From: Schizochytrium sp. TIO01 | Taxonomy: Eukaryota; Protista; Bigyra: Labyrinthulomycetes | Assembly: GCA_004764695.1 (NCBI GenBank) | Contig: SMSO01000031.1 | Location: 720,436 to 784,435 of the forward strand | Direction: 5' to 3' | Length of the DNA stretch: 64,000 nucleotides | Part shown: positions 34,993 to 48,733 of the stretch, piece by piece | Layout of the letters: every line of letters starts with the position of its first letter | How positions within the stretch are numbered: position 1 is the first letter of the stretch | Translations under genes and position numbers: made by a program | Notes under the pieces: model-generated | The model's input: only the letters and a program-made list of their open reading frames with translations | Told to the model about the DNA's origin: nothing | Databases searched by the model: none

Positions 34993-37620
34993 ATGGATCT
35001 CCCGAGCTTTCGGAAAAGACACAGGCATCGGCAGGCTAAACGAAGGCCACAACTCAGCAATGATGAACTGGCAATGACAAGGCCACCAAGGCCAAGGGAG
35101 GTTCTTCAACCTCCTGAGGAAAATATTCTTACAAAGTTTGGTGTTGAAGTTCGAAGGCGGGGAGCGGAGATGCAACTGAGTGGTACCATTTTTGATTTTC
35201 GACAAAACGATGTGAACGATCTCTATCGCAGCGGAAAACTTGCAAAAGTCCTAAACAATCGTTGTCTTCGTTGCTCTACCGATATGGTTTTAGGTCAGAG
35301 AAAAAGCAACGGACGAATTCCTATTGAACGCACGTCGCGTGAAGACTGTGATGAATGTTGCCGCCTTCAACACGAAAACGAAGAAAGACAGCAACTTGCA
35401 GCTGCGCAACGTGAAGAAGAGAATCGTAAATTTGACTATGAAATTGCTCAGCGCCGCGCAAAGGAAAAACGTGAAGGCTTTGCGTCAATGTTCAAACCAA
35501 AATATAACCCTTTAAGAAGTCGGAGTTTGAATAGTCTGGTGGAAGATGACATTTCGGATGAGGATGATGATGATGACGACGACGACGGCGGCGACAATAA
35601 TATGGATGGCTTTGACGAAATTACTGCCAAGGAGCATGAAATCTTGTTGCCGCCACCAACTCAGTTGGATGCTCTTTTGCCTGTTCCAATGAGTTCCAAA
35701 CAAGAGTTTTTACGGACTTTAAAAGCTTACAAGAAAAGTCAAGCTGCCCTGGAGCTTGTGAGAGCCCAGCATAAGAAGCACGTGCGCGCCCGAGCTGAGC
35801 AACGTCGGAGACTTTTAGAAGATGAAAATTTGCGTGCTCGACATGAAATTCTTATCCGAAATGCATTAGAGAAAATGCAAATTCGGACGACTAGTTCAAC
35901 TTTTACAGAATGGCGAGAATTTGCGCAACTGCAAAAGAAGCGCAGGATGCTTGCCTGTTTTTCAAGTACATACTTGGTACAAGCAACCTTTGAAAAATGG
36001 CACCTATGGTTAGTCAACTGGAAAGTGGACCGCTTGGCAGGCGCAATTGTGCTACAATCTGCATGGCGACGAGCACTGGCACAAAAATTCACTGCAGGTC
36101 TCCGTCGTAAAAACAAAGCAGTTCATACGATTCAGGGGTTCGGCCGCACAATTCTTGCAAAAAAGGTATTAATATTAGCTCGTCGAAAAATCGTGAAGCA
36201 AGAGAAGCTTATTCGGCGTATGTTATTCAAGCTATCCTCAAACTTATCACTTCGTGTATTTGTTGAATGGAAACGTTATTATAACCTTATGAAACGTGTG
36301 CGTAATATGGCCTTTCGAGCAAACGGACACCAGTTGAAAGACTGCTGGGAAAACTGGTCCCGTAATGTTGCAATCCTGCGCAGGGAGCGTCATCGTCAAG
36401 CCATCGCAAACATCCAAAGAGTAGGAAGAGGATTTGTAGGTCGCCTTTGTGCTCGACAGAAACGTATCGAACGCAACGCGGCGATAGTGATACAGCAAAT
36501 GTGCCGCGCTCGCTTAGCTCGTAATATTTTAAGAACAAAACTCAGGCAACGTCGAGTTATCAAACGCAAATTAGGTAAGATTTTTGCTGAGCGTAAGAGC
36601 TCTCGATTTGCTTCATGGAAAACATACGTAGTTCAACGCAAGACCCTACGACGAATGATTTCAGGTAGTGATGCACGAACTTTAGAAGGTGCATTTGCAC
36701 GATGGTCGTCGCGCCACCGAGCAAGCTGGGATATTCAACGAGTTTACAGAGGTTATAAGGGGCGCCGCGAATTTCGACGTCGTCAGCAAGAGTACTTAAG
36801 GGATATGGCGGAAGGAGGATGTCGCACACTTGGTGAGCGTCAACGGATGAAACTTTTGTACGATGAGCGATATGAATCTGAACTTTTGCTTGAGTTGCGA
36901 GAGAAGCTTCTTCGTGTCAAGCGTCTTGCGCTTGTGTTTGAACGTAAAAAGAAAGCAGAAACTATACTTGATGCATACCATGCAAAACATGATAAGAAAG
37001 TTAGACTACCGTTATGGCAGCTTATGCATGGCCACACAAAATCTCTTGAGGAAGAGGAAGCAGAGGATCTCTTGGCAGGCTTCACTCAAGAGGAACTTGA
37101 GCACGATGGTGTTTTGGTGATGTGGATACACGGCACAGCTCAACGATTTCATATTGAGCAGCACGCGACATACCTTGAAGAAATGCTAATGCGTGATATT
37201 GAAAAGGAACTCTCTCGACTGCAACGAGCTCGAGACCAATCAGACGAGACTCTGCGCAGAGAAGAGGCGGAATGGAAAGAAACATTAGAACGATACCTTC
37301 ATCGTAAAATGCATCTCGTTGATATGTCAAATGTTCAAATTTATTATAATGCGGGTAAATCATTTACCTTAAGTTTCAGCACAGCGGAGCAGGTCCAAGA
37401 GACAGTTCTGTCATGGCTTGACATGCTCAAGAAAGATTTTATATCACGCTGGACCTTTTTAGCCTGGGTTGCGCATGGTATGATACTTCGCAAGGGTATC
37501 CGTGCTAAAGAGAGGCTCATGATCTGGGGAGTTCTAATGGAAGAACTTGAGCAGAGCCTCGTTGACGAACTTGCGGCACTTATGCTGCAAATTATTCAAG
37601 ACCAATCAAAAGCAAGATAA
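34993..37620 (+). CDS. IQ-motif / Sfi1-like repeat coiled-coil protein (putative calmodulin/centrin binding)
   Basis: IQ motifs LQSAWRRALAQK, IQGFGRTILAKK, IQRVGRGFVGRL, IQQMCRARLARN and IQRVYRGYKGRR, interleaved with Sfi1-like FxxW segments (FTEWREF, FEKWHL, FVEWKRY, FASWKTY, FARWSS). First ATG at 34993. Confidence 0.7.
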   Translation: MDLPSFRKRHRHRQAKRRPQLSNDELAMTRPPRPREVLQPPEENILTKFGVEVRRRGAEMQLSGTIFDFRQNDVNDLYRSGKLAKVLNNRCLRCSTDMVLGQRKSNGRIPIERTSREDCDECCRLQHENEERQQLAAAQREEENRKFDYEIAQRRAKEKREGFASMFKPKYNPLRSRSLNSLVEDDISDEDDDDDDDDGGDNNMDGFDEITAKEHEILLPPPTQLDALLPVPMSSKQEFLRTLKAYKKSQAALELVRAQHKKHVRARAEQRRRLLEDENLRARHEILIRNALEKMQIRTTSSTFTEWREFAQLQKKRRMLACFSSTYLVQATFEKWHLWLVNWKVDRLAGAIVLQSAWRRALAQKFTAGLRRKNKAVHTIQGFGRTILAKKVLILARRKIVKQEKLIRRMLFKLSSNLSLRVFVEWKRYYNLMKRVRNMAFRANGHQLKDCWENWSRNVAILRRERHRQAIANIQRVGRGFVGRLCARQKRIERNAAIVIQQMCRARLARNILRTKLRQRRVIKRKLGKIFAERKSSRFASWKTYVVQRKTLRRMISGSDARTLEGAFARWSSRHRASWDIQRVYRGYKGRREFRRRQQEYLRDMAEGGCRTLGERQRMKLLYDERYESELLLELREKLLRVKRLALVFERKKKAETILDAYHAKHDKKVRLPLWQLMHGHTKSLEEEEAEDLLAGFTQEELEHDGVLVMWIHGTAQRFHIEQHATYLEEMLMRDIEKELSRLQRARDQSDETLRREEAEWKETLERYLHRKMHLVDMSNVQIYYNAGKSFTLSFSTAEQVQETVLSWLDMLKKDFISRWTFLAWVAHGMILRKGIRAKERLMIWGVLMEELEQSLVDELAALMLQIIQDQSKAR

Positions 37621-39282
37621 CATATATTTCCATTTTTATATTATGATGATAATATGGAATTTAAATAGCTTCAGATGTGCTTCTTTCGGTTCAAACTTAA
37701 GCACAAAATCTATCCCTTGACAAATCTAACTGAACTTATATGGTGGAAGGTCACTGACAAGTCTAGTGACTTCCAGCTCTAGCTTCACAAAAAATTATTC
37801 GACCTCATGTCATGTTATCATGTCCCAAAATTAGCTTGACAAATTTTATATCAGTTAAAGGATGCTCTATAGGTTAATTTTGAGCCTTCAGAGTCACGTC
37901 TTTGTCGCATTGTCTTCAAGTTAATGGGAAGGAGTTGGTTTTGGCTCCTTCAAATTTAGTTCTAGAAATGACGATTGCACAGTGCTCCCTTCCTCGTCGT
38001 TTAGTGGTAATTACTTATCAGAGAATTTCTACATAGACAAATATTGGCATGACTTGGAGTTACAAGAAATACAAATCGCGAATGGAGATATGACAACCAG
38101 AGACGACAGAAGAAAAATTAAATTAAAGATCTCGAAACTACCTTCGAATATTTGCCTCTACACTCCACGAGTAGCACCATTAGAATTTGGGGAAAGAAGG
38201 TAGCATTACCATGCTCAGCCTAAATTCAGGTTGACAAAGATTATGCTCGTTTAGATGGAGTACACTCAAAGTAGACAGTAGTACCAGGGGACCTTTTAAT
38301 TTGGGAAACTGCTCTTCTTAGCGATTTTTATATTTCATTTTAAAATCAATTTTCAACATCTCAAAACAATTCGCTAATGCTGGCGTTTTCAGCTTTTGTT
38401 GCGTATATTCGAACAAGCACGTAGATATATCAGAGTTTGAAGGTGATTAGCGCTTCAGATCCAATCAGGTCATCATGATTATTTTGGCGTGCACGAATTC
38501 TTTACTTTGAAAACTGAAATTGAATAAAAGCGAACAAAAGTTGCCAAGAACCAAAGAAATCGAGCGGTGGGGAAAGGCGTGAGTCTTCTACCTACAGGAG
38601 CAAAACGTTAAATAATTCTCATATATATTCTTAGATTCTGCATTCAATTTGTCTTGTAACACGAATTAACCTTTGGTACTCACACCAACCTTTAGATTAG
38701 ACAATAGATTCGGTTATTTTATGGTTTGTATTACTTATCACTGTTGACTCGTTCGTTTCTAATCCGGGCACACTCCTTCATAGTGGAAACTACTAGTACT
38801 AGTTAGTTAATAACCACTACTACTAGTACTACATAAGATGGTGTTCTTTATAAGGAAATGAAACATGGATAAGAGATTCTAATAACTGTGCTAGGGTATA
38901 TTGAACATGCAAGTCAATAAGAGCTAGCTAAATACTCTTAACACCGTGATTTGGCTCGCTCGCGCGCTAGCGACATGACATGCAACGGCACTTAAGACAT
39001 AGCACAGCGAATTTGGAGCTCGTGGTGCTTGGGCTTGGCATACATTCCTCTCCTCATCAAAGACTAGCTGAAACGCCAAGATCAAGCCCAAGTCCAGGGA
39101 AGATTGCTTCTGCGTGATTGATCCTCGCGCAGTTTTGTATAAGAGATATCGGATTGGGCAGCATAACTCTTGTTGGAGTGATAGCGTAAACTTTCGGAAA
39201 GGTTTACAGGAGGACCGCCTTGATAGCACACGTTCTTTACACGACAGAAAACACGAGGTGATAAGTTATTCTTTCCTGGAAA

Positions 39283-42200
39283 ATGGAGGACGCTCTCCGT
39301 GTACGGCTTCAAAGGCTTGCAAAGTTTGCTGATACTACTGGATACCGAGATAGAACTGAAGTTGAAAGACCGGAGAGCCAAGACGCATCTCCCCAACAGG
39401 AACATGATCGAGACGATCACCTTGCAATTGGGGCTACATCAAATCAGAAAGAACTTCATGAATGCTTTGAGTTATTGCGAGACTATGATGGGGAATCTCG
39501 GATCGCCACAGAGCTGCTTGTTTTATGTGCGGAAACTGCACTCAAACACAATGCCCTCGAGGTTGCTGATCAAAGTGCTGAACTAAGCTTCATTCGAAGC
39601 CAGGTGCATGATCAATTTTTCTGTCGAGCAAAGTTTGTAAAAGCCCTCATTGAGCACAAACGTGGGGAACTTCAATCTGGGGCTGACTTACTAAAACACG
39701 CTTTGCGTGCTGTAGAGCATATCAATGCAGCTGTGCAGGTCTGTTTAGAGCCAAGCCGCATTAACAATTATGGCTTTCTTGTTTTCAACGCCTCTGTAGT
39801 GGCCTGGCAGGTCATGCGCCCGGTCATGCGCAAAGGCTGCCGAAAACATACTCTACAGGTTCTCACGAGATTGTGTGATGCTCTCAATGTCCTCGATGAT
39901 CCGCATAAAGCATGGCGAGCACGCCTCAGTCTTGCATTAGCATTAGCGCATCATGAGGAAGGTGCTGCAGCGCCAGCACTTTCTGAGGCAAAGCGAGCTT
40001 TGGAGCTAATTGTAGATGAAAGTCCAACCAGTGATATCGTTCGTGAGACCAATGCCTTTTATGTCCATATTCAACAGCAAGGCGCTGTCGCGGTGGCAAA
40101 GACAGCGCGCTCACAGGGAGACGTACAGCCTCTGTTGCAGTGCATTCGTTCGGGAATCATATCTGATAAAGCCTCTATTCAAATGGAGCTCCAAGAAGCC
40201 TTGAAAGTTACAGTGCCCAATTCTCAGGAAGATGCATCCGGTGAAAACAATAAGCAACATGCATCAACAAGCGTCATCAGCATTGGCCGTGCAGCGCTGC
40301 GCAGTCACCTCTATGCCCTTAGTGAAGAATGTATGGTTGCTGCAGCATCCATTCCCAGCCGGTTCTTAAGTGCTGTTGAAGAAGTTGACCTGGACCTATT
40401 CCGTGCTGAGTGGCTTGCTGAGTGCCCTGGCGCTTTGCCCGAGATTGCTTCCACAGGCACAAAACCTGCAGAGGACAACGTCAAGAATGTTTCTCAAACT
40501 AGCGAAAGAGCGATAAACCTCGCTAAAAGAATTCAAGCCATGCGCTTATTGGATCGATGCATTTCATTTTGCCTTCGTTTACATCAGCCTGCGCTTTTAG
40601 AGGAGGCGTGCCTGGTGACCTGGAACATCAGTCTTCCTCTGCTGCAGCCACATCTTCGCACCCATGTTCACAAAGCATTTCAAACTGCAGCAAATGCTCT
40701 GGAGGAAGTAGACTCTCCACTGCTGGAGTTACGCGCTCACCTTCACAGCGAAGTTTCGAAATGCGAGATGGCAGCTGACTTCCTCACCCGAGCGAATCAA
40801 CAGGTCGAAAAGGCCATGCGACTTCATCAAAGTAGCCAAGCAATGGGTGGGAATGTTATGCGAGAGGACCGCTCCCAAAACCCCGACTTATCGCGCTTTC
40901 TTAAACCTATGCATGAAAAGCTCAAGTTGAAGTCAAGTATATACAGTGAGCCCGACAGCCCATTAGAGCAGGCGATTCTTCAAGTTGAGCAAGCAAAGGA
41001 TGCCAATGAAAGGCATCTCAAAGCCTCACTTCTCACAAGAGCAGCTGAGTTTCTTGACATAGCAGCTGAGGATTTTCTTCTTCTTCAAGCGCATCAACAG
41101 CAGCAGCAGCAGCAGCAGCATCAACAAAAAGGACAACTCTCAGCTTCAGAAGGCGGGCAAAAGGATAAATTTCACCTACCATCCCAAATTATAGTCGACA
41201 GTGTCAACTTATGGGCAGAGATTGCTCAGCTCGCGAGTGAACAAAGGCTTCTAGACATTACAGAACGAGCAGCAAATCACGTTTTCGCATGTGAAAGCTT
41301 TCCAGAAGGCCAGGACGTAGATCGTAAGTCATGGTACTTGCAACGCGCGCGAACTCATTTTGTTTTTGCTGATGCTTTAGCGCGACGCATTCAGAAGATG
41401 CAAGTTCATGAGCAAGTTCCTTTAGTCACAAACATCCATGTACGGGCTCTTGGCATAATAGTGCCTGCCCCAATTGAATCAGCTGACTATGATGGAACCC
41501 TAGAATCTGAACTTACCAATGAGGATAGTCTCGGCAATCAATCTATCAAAAACATTACTTCAGCTTCCAAACTCACTTTTGAGTGGCCTTCTTGGGAGGC
41601 ACCCCCATTTCCTGATTTGTTGACAACCTATAAAGATGATGTCATAACGCATTTGATAAAGGCCTTACAGATTGGCTCCGAGCTGGGGGAGGGGTGGCTC
41701 ATCGAAAATGCAGCAACTTATCTTTGGAATTACCATCTACATATGTTCAATGGGCCATTACAGAGACTTCAATTTGTTACAGACGCCTTATTGGATGGTT
41801 TAAAAACTGCTCTTGAAGCTTTGCAGGACCTTGACACTAGCGAACGTAATGGTACATTGTTTTGTGCCCTTTCATGTGCTTTAGCGCAGGGGTTTGAAGG
41901 TCGAGCCATTCGAACAAAAGTCATTGGATCTTCTGATAGTCTTACAAAGCCTGAAGATGATTTGCAGTCTGCGGTTGAAATCTGTCAACAGGCTATGCAA
42001 GGTTATTCTCCACGAATCACAAAAGAAATCATTGCAACGCTTCAACGTGTCCAGCGGCGTCGTAAAGTTCCGCAAAATCTTCCTGAAGATCAGCTAGCTG
42101 CTGGATTTGCAGTTATTGAACTTCTGCGTTTGGAATTTGACCTTGTTCCTCAGGATGAGAAACTGAAATTGTTAGGAGCTTACTATGAGCGGATTAGAAA

Positions 42201-45200
42201 TATTACATCTCCCCTGGTTGAATTGGAGAATCCTGACAGACCTATTCATGTGGAAATCTGGTCACGCTTAGCTCGCCAAGCATTCCAGATCAATCAAACT
42301 GATATTGCCGAGAAGTGTTCTCAAGCAGTACTTGGATCACAAGATGGAAAAGGATCAACAACCGATACTCCACAAGAGTTGTGGCGCTGGTTTTCTATAT
42401 GCGAGACCGTTCGGGGGCAAGTTGCAGCCAAACGAGCTTTTGCCGTTACACATGACAAAACAACACAGGACGATCTTCGCAAAGAAAGCTTACGCCACCT
42501 AAGTACAGCAGCCGAGTATGGTGTACGAAGTAAAAATAGCATTCTTGTTCTTGATGCAGCAAAGGAGCTATGGAATGTTGCGACGGAGTTAGTAGGTTCC
42601 ACTGGAACGCGGAGTATTCTTTTTAGGCCATTGCGAGCAATGTTGCAATACTTACTTGCGGTTCGTGAAAAGTCAGATATGGCGTTACGTGTGAATATGT
42701 ATGCCGCCCTTTTTGAATGCTACAAGGACATGAAAGATTGGAAGGGTGGTCTTAAGGTCGTTGACGAAGCATTTAGTATTATTCCTCAGAGCCTTCAAAA
42801 GCGTTTATGGGCAGCTCGTGTCATATTCAATAGTAAACTGAACAAGGATGTCGCTGCAGGTCTTCATAAAATGAAAGAAGGCAATAATTCGCTTCAAGCC
42901 AAGGCGTGGATGACACTGGCTATGTCGTCTGCTAATCAGGAAGACCAACTCCAGGCATTTGTTCAGGCTCTTAATTTGTTAGAAGGCTCCTACGAGCGAG
43001 TTGATTACTTGATTGAGTTTGCAGAGTGGCTTCATGCAAACCACTTTTCGCGAGACGATGTTACACAATGTCTGGTTAGCGCTGCTGATCAAATTCTTGA
43101 CGTTGAGATCGCAGCAGAGAAGCGTGCTCAAGCGGCTGCGGAAACGCGGGCTAAAAATGCAATGTCGCCTAAGTCTCCAAGTTCCCAAATGTCTGCAATT
43201 ACTCGTCGTACAGCCCGTTCTGCAAGTCCAAAACGAAACCCTAAGGTACCTCGAGAGCTGGGAGACCCTTGTGGAGATGCTCCTCGCGATCTGAGGTTAG
43301 GGGACTATCTTAAACTGGTGCAGATCTTTGTAATGCTTGCTCGGTCAGTGCCACACTCCAAGATTCGAGCAGACATGGCGCTTGTAGCCCATGAACATCT
43401 TGCTACTGCTTGGACCCGATTCATTGCCCCTGGTCATGCGTGTGAGCTTAAGCAGCTCGTGAGTGAAAGTTCGAGAAAGAGCATTCCAATTGAAGTAGCA
43501 AGTACCATTGAGCGGCCTTCCTTAACTGTCCATTATCTACTAGAGCTTGGATTGCTCTTACAGGAGTGTGGACAACAGGCACTTTCGATTACTTGTTTTG
43601 TAGTGATGGAGTGTATCTGCGTCGATGTTTTGCAAGATAAGACCTTTGCGACACTTTCTGGTCTTAAAATGGTTCGCACTCTGTCCGTGATTAACTTGGG
43701 TGCTGTAGCACGTGAAAAGATGAACGGGATTAATATATCCCTCAATGAAGCAGATCGTGTACGCTTTGGAGTCGAGGTAGAACAGCTTCTAGAACGCCAG
43801 CACATTCTTGGCAATTCGAACTCCCAGCAATCCATGACTTCCGCTCATGATGTGGATCATGTGCCATCAAACATGCCAGTGGAAAAGGATGCTGCAAACG
43901 AGGTAATTACTAAGTCTGGCGTTCAACCTACACAACGGCGCGTACTTGGGCCTATGAAAATTCGTGAAGTTTGGGCACGACTTGCCTCAGAGTTAATAGA
44001 CCTAGGGTATATTTTCGAGGGTAAAGTTTTTCTTCATGAGGTTGGACTTCATAATCTTGCATATGACGATAAGGAAAATCGCTTTCGTGCAAAGGCTGTT
44101 GAGGCAAAGATTGCTCTTATTGAAGGAAAAGAGAGCTCAGCTCTGGCACGCGCTGTTGAGGCAATGGAAGCATTAAGTGAACACCGTGGTGGAAACGTTA
44201 CGGATTGGCTACACTGTATTCAAGAAGTAACTGCGTGTCTACAACACTCATCTCGAAACGCAGAAGCTCGCAAATTACTGCAGAAAGCTCTTGTCGTATA
44301 CAATGCGAAGCTAAAGAGCATGGGGACTTTGAAGGATCTTGATCTCGAGGTTGCAACTTCATATATTGAAACGCTAGTTGCAGAACATTTGTTCGGAGAA
44401 GTTCGCGAACGTGCGCAACAAGGTGCAGTCTGGCAAGATGAGTGGGTGCAATGCCAATTTCACTTGCGCAACGCTCAAGATAGAGTTTTAATTGCGACCA
44501 AACCCCAGTGTGCGTCCATCGCAACCATGGACATCCTGCTTCGACATTGTGGACTTTGGATGGAAGTGTACAAAACTCGAGCAATGAGGCAGGAACAAGT
44601 TGCGTTTGCAAACATTGTTGATGGACTATGTCGTGCAAGTCGAAGTGGAGAGGCAATGCTTCAAATGGTTCTTCCTACCTCGGAGATATTTTGCGCAGAT
44701 GTCAAAGGAGTCAATCTCCCTTTAGAGCGGTACGTAGGCCGGGTTCACTATATGCTTGGAAATATTGAGTTACTTCACGATGCTTACTGCAATCCTCTTC
44801 CTGCGGTATCATCAGCCGCACGTGAAGCAGAGCGCGTTGAGCAACTGAATCCTGCAGAACGGTGGCTTTTACAAACCGCTCCTGTGCCACCGCCAAGCCT
44901 AGCCGATCTACATCCAAGCGCTGTGCAACGGGCCTGCAGTCATTTTATGAGTGCTTACAAGCATCTTCAGCATATCCCTGTTCAAAGTGCAGCTGCTTTA
45001 GTTGCAGCTGGTCAAGGTTTGTGTCGGAACCAAGATCAACGAGGCGAAGAACTCCTTCAAAATGGTTGCCAGCTGGCACTCAAGCAACGTGACTATGATC
45101 TGGCAAAGGTTGCTGCGCACGAACTTGTTCTAGCATTTCATTCTTTTGATGCATTACTATTGTATCAAGCTTGTAGGTTTAGAACATGGATGTCTCAGCT

Positions 45201-46661
45201 GGTAGAGAGTGCTGCATTGGATTCAGAAGGAAAGTTGAGCCAATTTATTCGTTTGAGAACTCATATTCAAAAACACCTTTTTTCGCCAGATGAGCTGGGG
45301 ATACTCATCAAGAGGACAGTAAAGCAACCGAGCATAAGATTCATTGGCCATACGCAGAGATTCGCAAATATCTACAACAGTCTGTACAGCTAAACCGCCT
45401 CAGCTGCCACACAACCATTCCCAATATGATTAAAACATTACCCTCGGGCTTGGACTTCATCGTGATTTCTCTTTCTGAGAATGGGCGAATTATTTACACT
45501 ACACAATTTTCGAAGGAAGAGTATATCGATGGTGATGATACAAACAATGAAAAGGGTCATACTAAGCCAGAGGTTTTCCAATTCCCTCTTGAAGAATTTG
45601 ATGCACAAGATTTGCATGTGTTACTACAAGATATGACCACATGTCGCAAACGAATGAGCTCCCAACTTTTGAGTCGCACTCACGATCCTCAATTTGACGA
45701 AAACAGTTGTGAATTAGAGGATAAGGCTGCAGAAGATATTAGTGTGTTAATCCGCAGGATGAAAAAGTTGTTGCTGCCAGCATTACCATCCACCATTCGA
45801 GCATCTCGATTTGATGGAACGGAAGGTGCCTCAGACTTGCGAAAATCTGATTCGAGCAGCTCTAGCCAAGTTATGAGACGTTTGGTGGTACTTGCTGATC
45901 CTGAGTTAAGTCGCTTGCCGTTAGAGCTTCTCTTCCAGGACAAGTCGCAGTATTTGTCTGTATCTCGAGATCTTTCGCTCCATATGTTTCATCATCGTTT
46001 ACAAGCTGTTACGCCCGGTCTTACTGATGCAATGGCTGCAAGCCAAGTTATTGAACCAGCTGTCGCGCCTCGCTCAGCGTCAGTCCGCTATGTTATAGAC
46101 TCTCGCTCAGAAGAATCTCTTTTGACAGCTGATTTTAGTTCAGGCTCTGCGTGGGAGGGGTTTATGGGTCCTAAACAAGGCATGCCAAGTCGGGGGGATT
46201 GGCAAGTTTTGCTGGGAGGAAAACCAGCAGCTGCAGAGCAGGCACAATTTATCTTTTGCGGTTTGGGTGCATTTTTTGCACAAGTGCAGCCTGGCGCTCT
46301 AGCAGCTGTTGACATGCGAAAGCGAAGCACGGCAATTCTTTTAGATCGCGCGGTAAATGATGCATCATATCGATTCCAAAGTGAGCATGAAGCAAAGCTT
46401 ACATCAATTGAGTTGCAGCTAGAGCAACCAGTTGAAACAGCAGCATTGCTATCAATATGCGGTGTCAATTCAATTGTACAACATCAATGGGCGTGCTCAG
46501 TGCACCGTGCGCATCAGATGTTACAACGCATGAGTAACCTTTTAAAACAGGCCCCTAATTCCTCACAACTAATTGTCGACGCCCTGCACACCCCTGAGGA
46601 TAGTCAATTGAAGGAGCGCGTGCGAGCGAACGCAGTCTTCTACGGAGTACCACTAATGTAA
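39283..46661 (+). CDS. CFAP46: Cilia- and flagella-associated protein 46 (TTC40-like); one frameshift at the G-run 45297-45300 joins ORFs 39283-45393 and 45426-46661
   Basis: ELLVLCAETAL, QFFCRAKF, YGFLVFNASV, TPR-like helices, and C-terminal LPLELL..SRDLSLHMFHHRL. Adding one G gives an open frame GDTHQEDSK...TTIPNMIK into the second ORF. Confidence 0.75.
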
Positions 46662-47289
46662 GGTTACTATTTTGAGTCGAATGCTTCTTCGTTGAGTAAA
46701 GCTGGCACCCAACAAGGTAAACGTTGCATCAATTTTTATATATCCTCAAAGTTGAAAGTATTTCTTTAACCACCCGTTTATTCAATTTAAGAGCCTCGTT
46801 TCTTCTTATCTTTCGATTTCAAATAATATATAAACTAGCCAATAGGAATTATCTTTTTGACGTATGCCAGATTGCAAAAGATTGGCCCTTTCAACAGGCT
46901 ATGATATTTTCAGACATAGTTGATTTAGAAACCTTTAATTGACATCAAATACGCAGATGGCTTAGTCAAAGCTGCTCCGGGAATCAGCTGAAATTTAGGG
47001 AGGGGCTTTGAGGGATATCTACTTTGGGATTAAAGGACGCTGTTAATGTCTGAAGATCTAGCGATACTTATGGAGGCATGGAGAGAAGAAACATGATGTT
47101 CATCTCACAAATTTATGTATTCAAATAGTTGTAAATCCCAAACAGCGTATTAACTGAACATTTCTTGGTCTTTCAATGGTCTTTGCCGCAATATCAAATA
47201 AAAGAGAGTTGATTATACATACATATTAACATAACTAGTTCTATATTCTACTTTAGAAAGTTGAGAATAGCAACAAAAGCAAACATTCT

Positions 47290-48048
47290 TCATGCCGATT
47301 CGTCTGAAGGTGGGTAGAGCTTCTCGGCATAGTTTGCAGCAACGTATGCTGTACAACCAGATAAAATCCCACCCCCTAGACCCCAAGCGTAAGTCATAAT
47401 ATTCATCTGAATTCCTCTGGCGCCAGCAGACTGGAGAATTGAAAACATGCTATTCGGTGCTGTAAATGGGCTCTGTATCAAGGCAGCAATACTATTCGCT
47501 TGAATCCCTGCCTTTCCAAATCCAATCGCATTCATTGCACCAATTGGAATCGCACTACTTGAAAGAGCGTGAATACCGATGACAGTTGCTCCAATAACAA
47601 GTGTAATCTTAGCACATCGCCTCACTGAGTCGTCTTCAATATTCACAGTTTGAAGGACTTCCGTGCTAGCAATGGCACTCGCGGCAGCAGAGTAGCCTGA
47701 AGCGGCATATCCTCCAATTGCTCTTGCAGAAGCGGTTGTAGCATTCATAGCAGCCGCTCCAACCTGGATAACTCTCTCGTTGGCAGTGGCATTCACGGCA
47801 GCAGAGTAGCCTGAAGCGGCATATCCTCCTATGGTTCTTGCAGCAGCACTTGCAGCAACCCCAGTGTCATATAGGAGCTTCAGAGATGCATACCCATGGA
47901 GGGCTGGTGGTGAGTCGCTGCAAGTATTATCCGATTTTTGTTGCGGACTTGTTCCCATTTCTCCTGACCCAATTGTATGCCACGCTGCGCGTCTGCGGTT
48001 CTCAGCGTGCCTTTTCTGATCGTTGAAGGTTTGTAGAAGCTGGAGCAA
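47290..48048 (-). CDS. IFI6/IFI27 (Ifi-6-16, ISG12-motif) family membrane protein
   Basis: AIGFGKAGIQANSIAALIQS...NSMFSILQSAGARG matches the remembered ISG12 motif GFTxxGIAAxSxAA..S..GSLVAxLQSxGA, with flanking hydrophobic helices. First in-frame ATG is at 47958, so the true start is uncertain. Confidence 0.7.
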   Translation of the reverse strand: MLQLLQTFNDQKRHAENRRRAAWHTIGSGEMGTSPQQKSDNTCSDSPPALHGYASLKLLYDTGVAASAAARTIGGYAASGYSAAVNATANERVIQVGAAAMNATTASARAIGGYAASGYSAAASAIASTEVLQTVNIEDDSVRRCAKITLVIGATVIGIHALSSSAIPIGAMNAIGFGKAGIQANSIAALIQSPFTAPNSMFSILQSAGARGIQMNIMTYAWGLGGGILSGCTAYVAANYAEKLYPPSDESA

Positions 48049-48733
48049 AGGTCCAAGACCCTCTCTGATAACAAGTCTTTTTATCTTAGCTGGAGTTAGA
48101 TAGGTACTAAGGTCCTAATACTACTGCTAATTCTACCTACCCATAGACTGAAGGTTTGTTTTTAGTTATTATGTCCCCTATTATCATTCGCATTCTTCTT
48201 CTTCTTCTAATAATTAAAAACAAACAAAATAATAAATTAAAAAATTCTGATATATATATACTATTTTTTTTAACATATAGCTAGATAATCCATTGTTTAA
48301 AACTAAAATTAACAATGCAACTCTTCCTTCATATATATACTGTTGAAGATTTGTTTCCGTAGAGATTTTTCTCAGCAGAGAAGCGCTAAATAAGTATGCG
48401 CACTTCAGAAAAGTCATAGAAAGAAGAAATTAAACAAAGAGGTATTCAACGCTAACGCCATCGGTGTTTTCTGCGAAAATGGTTTTGCTCTCGGCCCAGA
48501 AGGCTTCTTGAGAAGCTCTCGCTCGTCATATCTCAGGTGTCTCCAAGTGCAGCCACGCGAGGCCTTACCCTCTGCGCAATTTAGAAACTCCGCAGCCCAT
48601 GCCACACCATGAGCTCTCTATACATACATATATATACATATCGAAGATGTTTTAGGGTCGCAGAGAGTCTTAGACGGGATGATAGGCGAAATAGTAGAGT
48701 TCCTGTAAGATGTAACAGAGCAGCGCCTGTGTA

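Noticed and set aside
45290-45430. Programmed frameshift or split gene in CFAP46
   Set aside because: One missing G in a homopolymer restores the frame. Similar -1 homopolymer indels at ~50417 and ~52036 point to sequencing error.
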